DNA of 64,000 nt, from NCBI GenBank assembly GCA_041178085.1, contig JBEGVZ010000018.1:1-64000 (forward strand), in the 5' to 3' direction. Of this stretch, positions 9,398 through 18,749 are shown piece by piece. The position numbers and the translations under genes are program-made. The first letter of the stretch is position 1; each line of letters starts with the position of its first letter. This stretch comes from Pseudomonadota bacterium. GTDB taxonomy: Bacteria > Bdellovibrionota_B > Oligoflexia > Oligoflexales > RGVZ01. Under the pieces are notes generated by a model that did no database searches, was not told the DNA's origin, and worked only from the letters and a program-made list of their open reading frames with translations.

Positions 9398-10183
9398 TTA
9401 ATGGGCGAAGCCCGTCTTGACTTCAATATCCACACGGCGCTGCAGTTGCATGTGGCCTGGACCCATCATGCGCCTGTCGATCATGCGCCCGGCCATCATG
9501 CCAGGCCCTGCCGGCTCCAACGTGATGCGCTTGGACCTTATGCCGTGGGATTCAAGTTCCTTGCGGACGGCCTCCGCGCGCTTGTAGCACAAGTGCGCGT
9601 TAAACTTCATCGGACCGCTCCCGTCGGCATGGCCCCTGACGACGACCGTTGCCCCCGGATCCTTGCGTAATGTCTCCGCCAGTTCCCGGACCGCGGCCTT
9701 GCCTTCCGGGCTCAGACGCGCGCTGCCAATGTTGAAGTAAGCGATCGACTTGTTGAAGGCAATCCCTTCCTCCGGTGTCGGAGTGACATTGGCCACAGCA
9801 CTTTCGGCTTTCTGTTCGTTCTCAGCGGTGAACATGTCGATATCCTTGTCCCATTCCCTGACCTTTGATGAGGCCTTGCGGGCTTCTTCCGCCATGTGTC
9901 CCGCATCCCGCGCTTTGGCTGTCGCGGCCTCCCGAGATTTCTCATTGTCGGGTTTGCGCCATTCCGCAGACGCTTCATCCAGTTTTTTCTCCGCGGCCCG
10001 TAGGGTTTTCGGCATTAAGTCGGCCGTATTTTCCTTCTTCGCAGCCTTGATCTCTTTCTCAGCATGGCTGAAGTCCTGCGGGGCTCCCTTGGGGATCGTC
10101 GAACAACTGGCAATAAAGATGACGGCCAAGGCAGCATGACTGAGGTTGGTGACTGGATATCTGAATTGTTTTCTAGCGTTCAT
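9398..10183 (-). CDS. OmpA-family peptidoglycan-binding lipoprotein with helical (DUF4398-like) N-domain
   Basis: GCAGGAGG SD before ATG 10183; lipobox IASC; YFNIGSARL, VRGHADGSG...NAHLCYKRAEAV, RRVDI. Confidence 0.85.
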   Translation of the reverse strand: MNARKQFRYPVTNLSHAALAVIFIASCSTIPKGAPQDFSHAEKEIKAAKKENTADLMPKTLRAAEKKLDEASAEWRKPDNEKSREAATAKARDAGHMAEEARKASSKVREWDKDIDMFTAENEQKAESAVANVTPTPEEGIAFNKSIAYFNIGSARLSPEGKAAVRELAETLRKDPGATVVVRGHADGSGPMKFNAHLCYKRAEAVRKELESHGIRSKRITLEPAGPGMMAGRMIDRRMMGPGHMQLQRRVDIEVKTGFAH

Positions 10184-10422
10184 GGAACAAGACCTCCTGC
10201 GGGGTTTTGCGGGCCCGGCATGGGTCCGCGTTCTGATGGGATTTCTCGCTGCAAACACTAGTCCAGCGATTTTCGCACAGGAATCCGTTGACCAGCAGTT
10301 CAGCCAGCTCGCGGCGGCAAGCCTGATGACGCTGCTCAGTTCAAGATGACGTCCACATGCTGACCAGCATCGAACTCCTGCAGCACAGGCTCACACTCAG
10401 GCGGGCCATGCGTTGGTGGATT

Positions 10423-10647
10423 TCATGAAAGCCCGACGTGCCGCGGATAGCGGCGCTTGGCGAGATGGAGTCGCGTGCCGCGGCTGGCGCCACGGAAGAC
10501 AAAGAAGATTAGCAAGTCTAAGTCCTCCGGAGTAAGCTGTGCACCCTGGACTTCGCTTCTCTTGGCAACGGTCTTCAACTCGGCTCCACTGAAAAAGCCG
10601 CAAGCCGGTAAAAGGCTTGAGATGAAGCTGACGAAGGCGCGCTTCAT
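10423..10647 (-). pseudogene. Truncated N-terminal stub of a lipoprotein related to 6130..8517
   Basis: Purine-rich SD; MKRAFVSFISSLLPACGFFSGAELKTVAKR vs LPACDWFGDAKVETVVKK (9/18 identical); ends after 74 aa. Confidence 0.5.
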
Positions 10648-10787
10648 GACCCTTCCCTTCTGCAGTAAGGGGAGGAATTTGTGAATGAAGGCTACCTACC
10701 AGAGACCGAATTTAGCGGAGAGGACCGGACGCCCGATCTTCGATGCAAGTGCAGGAAATCACTTATTTTTTGGTGCACGTCAACCGG

Positions 10788-12029
10788 TCAAAAGCCCATC
10801 AAGACTTCACTGGCCCAGCTGTTTTCACGGAACCATTCAGCCGCAGAAAATCTGAGCCTTGGACCATCGCGCCAGGCCAAATTCATGCGGATGGCCTGCT
10901 CGATCGCAGGGCGGGGGGTGAATCTCCGGCCAGCAATTGACTCCGCAAGATTCAAGTCCACACCGTGACGCGTCCGCAGGCTACCCCCGACATATTCAAT
11001 CAACGCTGATTCGTGATCACGTGCCGCGTCCACCTCTGCCCCGAGCGCATTCAATAAGCTGTGAAAATCACCAGATTCTGGCGGCTGAGCCGGAAGGTGT
11101 CGCAAGTATGAGCGGACATCGCGGGGGAAGGCCCACCGGACCCCGATGTCGAAGGCATCGACGTCGGCCCCATCGCGCTCCTGCGCACTAACAAGACCCG
11201 GAAACCTGGAAGGCATGAAACCGTGGGCACCCGCACCGACCGCCAAGAATGGCTTGAAATCCCAGTACAGCCAGTTGTGGTGGCAGGTGAATCCCGGCCG
11301 CGCCCAGTTCGACACCTCATCATGTTCAAATCCCGCAGCACCAAGGGTTTCCCTTGCAACTGAGTAATCTTGGGCAAGGGCATCATCCCGCTCTGGAAAA
11401 ATCCGACCGCGCCGAGCCATGCGACCGAACGGCGTACGTTCCTCAAAGGTGAGCGTATACAGGCTGGCGTGGGGCACACCCGAGCGGACCAGTCCCGAAA
11501 GATCGGCGAGCCATTCCTCCGGGGTTTGGCCAGGCCATCCATAAATCAAGTCCATGTTGACGTTGGGGATCACCCGCATTGCCAGTTCCAGCGCACCCAG
11601 CGCGGTCGATGCATCGTGATCGCGCGTCAGCACCTTAAGCCCGCGCGCCTGAAGCGACTGAACACCAATTGACAACCGGTTGATACCCAGCGATCGCCAG
11701 ACCTCCAGAGCAGAGCGGTTAACGTTCGCCGGGTTGCACTCGATGGTCACTTCAGTGCCAGACTCCATGCGTTGAGAAATAAAGCGGAACAACCCCCGAT
11801 ACTCATCCGTAAAGATGCCTGGCGTTCCCCCGCCCAGATACACCGATGGAAAGGTCAATTGCCGACCTGTTGCAGCTTCAATGTGCGCAGCAAGCCAGCG
11901 AAGTTGCCGCTCAAGCGCCACGAAATAGTCTTGCACAAGCATGGCATCGAAATTGGCCGTCTTGGCAAAATCGCAGTAGTGGCAAAGGAAGCTGCAGAAC
12001 GGGATGTGGATGTAGAGGCCTGCGCGCAT
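10788..12029 (-). CDS. hemW: Radical SAM heme chaperone HemW (HemN-like)
   Basis: LYIHIPFCSFLCHYCDF (CxxxCxxC), YLGGGTP, RLSIGVQS, DLIYGWPGQT, EVSNW..PG...HN..YW. Confidence 0.9.
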   Translation of the reverse strand: MRAGLYIHIPFCSFLCHYCDFAKTANFDAMLVQDYFVALERQLRWLAAHIEAATGRQLTFPSVYLGGGTPGIFTDEYRGLFRFISQRMESGTEVTIECNPANVNRSALEVWRSLGINRLSIGVQSLQARGLKVLTRDHDASTALGALELAMRVIPNVNMDLIYGWPGQTPEEWLADLSGLVRSGVPHASLYTLTFEERTPFGRMARRGRIFPERDDALAQDYSVARETLGAAGFEHDEVSNWARPGFTCHHNWLYWDFKPFLAVGAGAHGFMPSRFPGLVSAQERDGADVDAFDIGVRWAFPRDVRSYLRHLPAQPPESGDFHSLLNALGAEVDAARDHESALIEYVGGSLRTRHGVDLNLAESIAGRRFTPRPAIEQAIRMNLAWRDGPRLRFSAAEWFRENSWASEVLMGF

Positions 12030-12031
12030 GC

Positions 12032-13384
12032 TCAACTGTTCTTCTCGAGCACGGCAAGGGACTCGACATGCCACGTGTTAGGAAAGAAATCAAAGGCACG
12101 AACGAACTTCAGAGAGTAACCAAGCTTCAGCAAAGAACCGATGTCACGCGACAAGGTTGCAGGATCACAACTCACATAAATGATCGCACGGGCGCCAAGG
12201 GCAGACAAAGGGATCAGTTCCTTGAACATTCCCTCACGCGGCGGATCGGCAATCACAACGTCGAAGCGCTCTTCCTTCCTGGCGCATTTCCACAAGTGTT
12301 TTTCGGCACTCCCAGAAAGATACATTGCGTTTGTGATGCCGTTGCGCGCCACGTTCTCGCGCGCCGTTGCGATGGCCGCCGTTGAAAACTCAATCCCCTC
12401 GACATACCGGCCGTCCCGGCACAATCCAAGGGACAAGTTTCCGCTGCCACAAAACAGGTCAAGGATCCGGTCGGGACGATAACCGTCAACCATCTCGCGC
12501 ACAGTTGCCCGGACCAGACGGTTGTGGGGAACGTTCACCTGCTGGAACTGTCCCGGCCGGGTGAAATACCGGATCCCATGATCCTCCTCGAAATAAAATG
12601 CTGGAGCGTCCTTGAGGTCTTTGACCAGGCCAACCCATTGGACCCGGGAAAGTCCGCGCAATCCGTCAGCAAATGCATCCAGCTCGGGACAGTCTGGACG
12701 CGGAGGATAGACCGTGATGACGACACCCGCCCGCTGCCCATGATCCTGAGGTGGAATCTCCTGGAGTTCCATACGGTAAGGGGTCTCCGCCGCCAGATCC
12801 GCAGGACGCTTGAATTTGGCACTGCCAAGATCTGCCAGAACTCCGTTGATCACTGGACTGGCAATGGCACAACGGTCAATCGGGACAAGATCGCGTGAAC
12901 CGCGCTTGAAATAACCGAAAGTGACGCTGCCGTCGGGACGAAAAACGCCACGCACAAAAATGCGGTTGCGGTATCCGAGTACGTCAGCCGATCCGGAAAT
13001 TGCGACCGGCACGGCTGCCTCGACCTTGCCGACGCGCCCAAGTGCTGACTCGACAAATTGGCGCTTCCACGCCAGTTGCTGCTCGTAGGGAATTTCTTGC
13101 CACTGACAACCGCCGCAATCATCGCTGAAACGGCAATTTGACCTGCCACGGATCGGGGCTGGCTGGACAAACCCCGTGATACGCGCGTCTGCATACCTGC
13201 CACTGTCGTGAGTCACTTCAATGTCGACGACATCGCCAGGAACGGCATCTGCGATGAAAAAAACCTTGCCATCAATCCGCGCAACACCTTTGCCGCCTGC
13301 TGCGACAGAATGGACCTCAACGCTTTTCAGTTGCGCGAGGGCGGGATTTCCTGGAAGGCCTTGGTTTCCGGCTGGCGTGATCAT
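12032..13384 (-). CDS. rlmD: 23S rRNA (uracil-5)-methyltransferase, RlmD/TrmA family
   Basis: TRAM domain, C..CGGCQWQ Fe-S motif, FQQVN, LDLFCGSG, DPPREG, YVSCDP, DFFPNTWHVE. Start uncertain. Confidence 0.9.
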   Translation of the reverse strand: MITPAGNQGLPGNPALAQLKSVEVHSVAAGGKGVARIDGKVFFIADAVPGDVVDIEVTHDSGRYADARITGFVQPAPIRGRSNCRFSDDCGGCQWQEIPYEQQLAWKRQFVESALGRVGKVEAAVPVAISGSADVLGYRNRIFVRGVFRPDGSVTFGYFKRGSRDLVPIDRCAIASPVINGVLADLGSAKFKRPADLAAETPYRMELQEIPPQDHGQRAGVVITVYPPRPDCPELDAFADGLRGLSRVQWVGLVKDLKDAPAFYFEEDHGIRYFTRPGQFQQVNVPHNRLVRATVREMVDGYRPDRILDLFCGSGNLSLGLCRDGRYVEGIEFSTAAIATARENVARNGITNAMYLSGSAEKHLWKCARKEERFDVVIADPPREGMFKELIPLSALGARAIIYVSCDPATLSRDIGSLLKLGYSLKFVRAFDFFPNTWHVESLAVLEKNS

Positions 13385-13619
13385 GACTGGAAGAGTCGCC
13401 TTTCGACTTGGGAACAAGTTCAACGGTCACCTGCAAACGGTGGTTCTTGGTGAGATCGTTCAGGGGTTGCTTCAGCAACGCTGCAATCGCTGCCCCTGTC
13501 TCCCGGGCCATGACTTGTAGAACCTCGTCCTTGCCCTTGCCTGCACGGGCAACGAAAGTCAACAGCGTGTCCCGCAACAAGTTCAGGTTAACGGATGTCA
13601 AATCGTCTTTTTTCACCAT
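13317..13619 (-). CDS. Small hypothetical protein
   Basis: 100 aa helical ORF with basic tail filling the gap between co-directional genes. Confidence 0.6.
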   Translation of the reverse strand: MVKKDDLTSVNLNLLRDTLLTFVARAGKGKDEVLQVMARETGAAIAALLKQPLNDLTKNHRLQVTVELVPKSKGDSSSHDHASRKPRPSRKSRPRATEKR

Positions 13620-14418
13620 CTGCCGCCAGCTCCCCTTCCAGCAGTCCAGTCAGGACATTTGCTTCTTCCAGGTCCGATGCAGAGAGAATATCAAGTGCCT
13701 CGACAAGACGCCGACGGTCGGGCCGGGACTGGACATCTGCTCTTCCGGAACCAACTTTATTGCCAGTATTTCGAGGCAAACTGGCGTTAGCCAGCGCAGA
13801 ATGGAACTGGTCTGGCGATATCCCTGTCTCAAAACCGACACCGGAACGCCACTCGACATAATGCCCATCAAAGCTCAATCGCCAGGCGACCAATTCGCCA
13901 CCTTCGGGGGCTGACCAGATCATCAAATCGCAACCATGTTCACCACGGTACCAGACCTTGGTCGAACCATATTGCTGCATGAACGAACTGTCGACTCGCC
14001 GCAGCGTACCGGCAAGGCTCACTGGCCTGATCAGCCGAGTCCAGGCCTCCGCCGACTCCGGGCGGTCATGGACCAGCTCAAATCCAATCAAGTGTTCTGG
14101 ACCGCCGGGCGAGCCAGAATCCCAGACATCCTTCCAAGCCACACGGATGTCGAACTCAAGGATGTCCTGACCTACCCGCACCCGCGAAGCAAATCCATCA
14201 CCAGAGTTCAACCGGGACCAGACGCGTTCGCTGACAATGCTACTGAAACCGCTGGTGGACACATCGCGCACCACCATGATGTCCTGCTCACTCATCATCG
14301 TCATGCGCCTGCGGTCAAAGAAAAAACGGTCAGCCATCCTTCGATTGGGCCGGTCCGTATGCGCAACCGGCGAAGATTCACCGGAAAACAGCTTCTTTGT
14401 GAGAAAAAACCTGAACAT
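13588..14418 (-). CDS. PilZ-domain (c-di-GMP-binding) protein with extra C-terminal domain
   Basis: RMADR (RxxxR) and DVSTSG (D/NxSxxG), then RVAW...IGFEL; GGAG SD before ATG 14418. Confidence 0.7.
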   Translation of the reverse strand: MFRFFLTKKLFSGESSPVAHTDRPNRRMADRFFFDRRRMTMMSEQDIMVVRDVSTSGFSSIVSERVWSRLNSGDGFASRVRVGQDILEFDIRVAWKDVWDSGSPGGPEHLIGFELVHDRPESAEAWTRLIRPVSLAGTLRRVDSSFMQQYGSTKVWYRGEHGCDLMIWSAPEGGELVAWRLSFDGHYVEWRSGVGFETGISPDQFHSALANASLPRNTGNKVGSGRADVQSRPDRRRLVEALDILSASDLEEANVLTGLLEGELAADGEKRRFDIR

Positions 14419-14545
14419 GAGTGCTCCATCACCTGGTCGTTTCCAGCAAGTCTGCAAAATCTTTTCGTTCCGCACTCCATAATTCTTGAGAACGACCGAT
14501 AACCCCCCCAGGGTCCGTACGCGGCGGACACCATGAAATGATTGC

Positions 14546-15727
14546 GTGAAAAGGTGTCGTTTGCAAATCGGGCTTAACAACAAATTTGGACAACACTCAG
14601 CAACGCCAGCCCACCTGGTGGTCCTCGCTGGGGTCTGCCTGGTTTGGATGGCGCCCCTTGAAACAGCAAGGGCAAAAGACCTTGCGCCCATGTACGAGGA
14701 AACCTTCGACATTGCTTCCGGTGGCGCCTCGCTGACCCGCGCCACCAGGTACGGTACGGTTTTCTCGAACCCCGCCCTCCTGCCCTTCAGCGGTAGTTTC
14801 CATCGCTGGCTGGGCAGCGAATTCTCGATGCACATCAACAAGGAATCGGTCGATTACGCGAAGACCCTGTTACCGGGTAGCACGAGCAACCAAAGCGACT
14901 CCGGTGACGGTTCAACAAACAGCGCATCCAGCAAGTTCGTCGACCATGTCTTCTCTGCCCCGTTCCTCGCTGGCACGCAGACATCCTTCGCCTATCTGAA
15001 TGCCTACGGGGGAATTGGCGCGTTTTCCAAATTCGAAGTGGATCTGGAAGCCCAGGAATACAGCGAATCTGGTATGCCGGCGGTCACCTTGCGGGGCAAA
15101 TCCTACCAGGGAGGAACCCTGAGCGGCGCCGCACGGATCCCGTTCATGCCACTTTCACTCGGTGTCACTGCGAAATACCTGCTTGCAGCAGAGCCAATGA
15201 CCTCTATCGACGTCGCCGACCCGAACGCGCTCGCGCAGTATCAAGACCCCTCCGCACTGGCCGATCTGGTCGAACAGGCAGCAGGCTACGGTTTCGACGT
15301 CGGTGCACTTGTGTTTTTGCAGGGACCGCGCATGGACTACCGCTTCGCCTTGAAGGTGGACGATGCCGGCGGGACTTCGTTCTCGGGAAGCGACCAGATC
15401 AAGGAATTCAAGCAGGTTACAAGCGCTGGCGCAGCGGTAACGTTCCACACCGGTAAAGACGCGATTCATCTGGCCATCGATCGCCGGGACATGACTAACG
15501 CCTACAACACCCCACCTTTCAAGGCCACCCGCGCCGGAGTCAAGGTCATCCTGCGCAACTGGGTCGGTTTGGCAGCTGGTTACTATGATGGCTATCCATC
15601 GATGGGCGCCGAAATTGATTTGATCTTGCTCAAGGTGGGCGTCGCAAGCTACCGCCGCGAAATCAGTGACGCACCGGGACTGACGCCAAGAAACATCTAC
15701 GTTGCAAACTTTGCGGCGGGGTTTTGA
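14546..15727 (+). CDS. Outer-membrane beta-barrel protein (TraF/FadL/PorV-like fold)
   Basis: Signal peptide; ASGGA...VFSNPALL hatch-like motif; LSLGVTAKYL, GYGFDVG amphipathic strands; C-terminal Phe. Confidence 0.6.
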   Translation: MKRCRLQIGLNNKFGQHSATPAHLVVLAGVCLVWMAPLETARAKDLAPMYEETFDIASGGASLTRATRYGTVFSNPALLPFSGSFHRWLGSEFSMHINKESVDYAKTLLPGSTSNQSDSGDGSTNSASSKFVDHVFSAPFLAGTQTSFAYLNAYGGIGAFSKFEVDLEAQEYSESGMPAVTLRGKSYQGGTLSGAARIPFMPLSLGVTAKYLLAAEPMTSIDVADPNALAQYQDPSALADLVEQAAGYGFDVGALVFLQGPRMDYRFALKVDDAGGTSFSGSDQIKEFKQVTSAGAAVTFHTGKDAIHLAIDRRDMTNAYNTPPFKATRAGVKVILRNWVGLAAGYYDGYPSMGAEIDLILLKVGVASYRREISDAPGLTPRNIYVANFAAGF

Positions 15728-15728
15728 C

Positions 15729-16499
15729 ATGCCAAAGAGCGCACAAAGCAAATCGATGACATGCTCAACCATGATGGCCATGCTGGTCTCTGTCAACCTC
15801 ACAGGATGCGGCACGAAAAATCTGGGTAGCTGCCCGGGAATCAATCCATTGGTGAAATGCACAGAATTGACGGCCGACGAGAAAATCCGCATCGCTTTGG
15901 ACGACGGGGACCTGGACACGGCAAGATCCCTGCTGGAGGAAGCAATCGCCGCAGAGCCGGAAAACTACAATCGCTATCCTCTGCTTGCCGCCGTCTATTC
16001 AGGCCTGGCCGGGTTCCGTTTGCTCAATGCGATTTCTGGGGCCAGCAGCACCTCTGGCAGCACTTCCGTAACGAGCGCGCTTGACGCCTTCTTGCCCGAC
16101 CCCGCATCCATGTCGCGAAGCGACTACAACGCCAGGATCGACCTCATGGGGCTGGCGGTTTCGACCATACAGGCACTGCCAGCGAGCTTCCTCGCCGAAT
16201 CCGGAACTGACAAATACGCGGCCAGTGCCGCACAGCAACTGCCCCTGTACCTGTCAGCACATGCGGCCATGTACATGAAGCTTTTCACTTTCAACTTTGA
16301 TTCCGGGACTTCTGACTTGAGCCAGCTCACAAGCATGTCGGCGACAGATGCGGACGCAATCATCGCCATACTCACCACCGCGGCAGCCCAGGGAGGCACC
16401 TTTGGTGACCTGGCAGCATCAACCCTGGCATCCATCAACTCGGGCGGTGGCAACAACCTGGACAATCTGGCAAACTTTCTTGGAAACTCAGGCTCATGA
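15729..16499 (+). CDS. TPR-containing lipoprotein
   Basis: Lipobox LTGC; ALDDGDLDTARSLLEEAIAAEPEN TPR; starts 1 nt after the barrel stop codon. Confidence 0.7.
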   Translation: MPKSAQSKSMTCSTMMAMLVSVNLTGCGTKNLGSCPGINPLVKCTELTADEKIRIALDDGDLDTARSLLEEAIAAEPENYNRYPLLAAVYSGLAGFRLLNAISGASSTSGSTSVTSALDAFLPDPASMSRSDYNARIDLMGLAVSTIQALPASFLAESGTDKYAASAAQQLPLYLSAHAAMYMKLFTFNFDSGTSDLSQLTSMSATDADAIIAILTTAAAQGGTFGDLAASTLASINSGGGNNLDNLANFLGNSGS

Positions 16500-18736
16500 T
16501 AAGTCACCAGCGGGGTTTAGACATGAATCGCGTGGCATCAAAGTTATCGTTGCTGCTGACCGCAATCGTCGTGCTGACGGGGGCACGCAAACCCGCCGTT
16601 GACCAGACTGCGGTCAAGAAGGAACTGGCCTCAGTGGTAGCGTCCTTCCAAAAACTGGAGAAAGACCTCGCCCAGCGCAAAGCATCCTTTGCTGCCGGAA
16701 TGCGTCGCCCCGGATTTGATCCCCAGGAGGCTATCCGCCTGGACCGCCTTTACGCCAACACACAGAAAACCGCAGGCCAGCTTGCGGACAAGCATGCACG
16801 AATCGCGGCCAAGGGCGGCAAGCGCAATGCGACTCCGCCACCCTGGGCAAAAAAAATCGAGCGACTTCATGAAGCCTGGGTCAAGCAAGCGCTGGCCGCT
16901 GGGGAATCACCAAAAGCGGGAAAACCAGCACATCTTGCAGCGCTGCGCCTTTTACAAACCGTGATCGGAAGAACCCAGGACGAGACTACCATTGCCTCCT
17001 TCAGGCCACGCCTTGCCCGTTTGTTTCAGCTGTCCGGCCAACACGCAGACGCCGTGCGCGCCTACTTACAGCTGGCCGATGCAGGCAGCGGAGGCAAGCG
17101 CCTTGCCTACCTTAAGTCAGCAGCCCTATCCCAGGCGGCACTGGCTGGATGGCCTGCAAGTCCACCGTGGAACGAAATCGCTGCCGGTCGAAACCCAGGC
17201 GGCGGAAGCCCTGCGTCCAAATCGGCCGCGCGCACAGAACTGAAGGACATCCACAACCGTATTGCCACCGAACAAGGTGGGCAGGACAACAACGCCAATT
17301 GGGTCATCGATGCGCACAACGGCCTGATCGACTGGATCGCCGGACAGCAAACCGCGGCTATCGAATTATGGCGTCCGCGCCTCAACTCCCAGGCCGCACT
17401 GGGCAGTGCCCTCGCGGTCCACAAATCCCAGGCCGGAGGATTCACCCTTCACTGGCACCGGCAGAAGAAGTCCTGGCCAGAGCTGGAAAGCACTGCGCGG
17501 CAAGCGATGTCGCAAAAATGGCGCCCTGTTTACGGAAAAACAAAGATCGATCCAGTGGCACTGCTGGGTGATGCATTGTTTGAAGGCGGCAAGGCGCTGC
17601 TGGCCAATGGCGAAGCCGCCCCGGCGGAGAACAAGCTTGGTGAGTTCACCGCCAATTTCAAGAAAGACCGCCGGTTCGAAGAAGCGCTTTTCCTCCGCGG
17701 CAAAGCAGAGCGCGGCGCCCGCAATTTTATCGACGCTCTTGAGACTTTCAAGGAATTCACCGCACGCTTTCCAAAGTCCCGGTTCGACGAAGAAGCCAAT
17801 CGGCTTGGTTTCGAACTCGCAACAGACATGGCCGATGAGGAAAGCGGCATGGCGTTTGGCAGACGTTACATCGCTACTCATGGCAACGGCCCCGCCGCTA
17901 ACGTGATCACTTCCGCCTACGCGAGCCTGGCCATGGGCAAAGGCTTTTACCGCGAGGGTGCGGCTGCTTTGGAACGCCTGGCACAAAAGGAGGGCCACCG
18001 CGAAGCGCGGGTAGATGCCCTCACCCGCCTCATGGACCTGCAAAACCTGGTCGGACGCACGAACGATGTCCTGATCACCGCCAATAAATTGCTGAAACTC
18101 GGACAACTTTCGCCGGAAGTGAAATTGCGGATTGCGAGGGCCCAGGCCCGGGCCGCCGCCGCCGCCAGCAACAGCGGCCTGATTGCACGCGCAAGGAACG
18201 ACGCAGCGAAGGTTTGGTCGGCAATCGGTGAAGGCGATCAACCAGCGCGGGATGCTTACGGGGAAGTGCTTTTCATTGCCGCCGAGGTCAAGGGGCGGAC
18301 AGACGTCGAGGAAATTTTCAGCCTTGAGGTTCGAAATCCCGAAGCCCATCTTGGTGTACAGGAATCCAAGTACAACCAAGCCAAGGCTGCCTACGATGCT
18401 GTCTGTGCTATCGGCCGCAATGTCTGGTGTGCGCCGGCACTTTACCGGACGGCGCGCCTTGCCGACCGTTTCCGCGTCGCAACCAACGAACTGGGAATTG
18501 CCGAGACACTGGCCGAGGGAGTGGTGGAATCCTTCAAGCGCAAAAAGGAGGCTCTGATCAATCGCTGGGCGCAAGAAGCGAAGGGCGCGGATGCACAGGC
18601 CGCCGAACTTGCCAATCAGGGCATGGCCACACCTGGGTACGCCCTGACCATCCAGCTTGGCGCCGGCGCGGACTTGATCCTGGACGACCGGACAATTTCA
18701 GGCATCCACGGTTACACACAACTGGACGCACGGTGA
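16496..18736 (+). CDS. Large periplasmic TPR protein, GltD/AgmU-like
   Basis: Signal peptide (alternative start 16523); TPRs such as FEEALFLRGKA...FTARFPKS; C-terminal WCAPALYRTARLADRF...GYA resembles the GltD/AgmU tail. Confidence 0.55.
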   Translation: MISHQRGLDMNRVASKLSLLLTAIVVLTGARKPAVDQTAVKKELASVVASFQKLEKDLAQRKASFAAGMRRPGFDPQEAIRLDRLYANTQKTAGQLADKHARIAAKGGKRNATPPPWAKKIERLHEAWVKQALAAGESPKAGKPAHLAALRLLQTVIGRTQDETTIASFRPRLARLFQLSGQHADAVRAYLQLADAGSGGKRLAYLKSAALSQAALAGWPASPPWNEIAAGRNPGGGSPASKSAARTELKDIHNRIATEQGGQDNNANWVIDAHNGLIDWIAGQQTAAIELWRPRLNSQAALGSALAVHKSQAGGFTLHWHRQKKSWPELESTARQAMSQKWRPVYGKTKIDPVALLGDALFEGGKALLANGEAAPAENKLGEFTANFKKDRRFEEALFLRGKAERGARNFIDALETFKEFTARFPKSRFDEEANRLGFELATDMADEESGMAFGRRYIATHGNGPAANVITSAYASLAMGKGFYREGAAALERLAQKEGHREARVDALTRLMDLQNLVGRTNDVLITANKLLKLGQLSPEVKLRIARAQARAAAAASNSGLIARARNDAAKVWSAIGEGDQPARDAYGEVLFIAAEVKGRTDVEEIFSLEVRNPEAHLGVQESKYNQAKAAYDAVCAIGRNVWCAPALYRTARLADRFRVATNELGIAETLAEGVVESFKRKKEALINRWAQEAKGADAQAAELANQGMATPGYALTIQLGAGADLILDDRTISGIHGYTQLDAR

Positions 18737-18749
18737 GCGGAGGCAAGAG

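Noticed and set aside
14546..15727. TraF-like barrel as evidence of a conjugative element
   Set aside because: No relaxase, coupling protein, VirB4 or integrase; the fold also occurs in chromosomal outer-membrane proteins.
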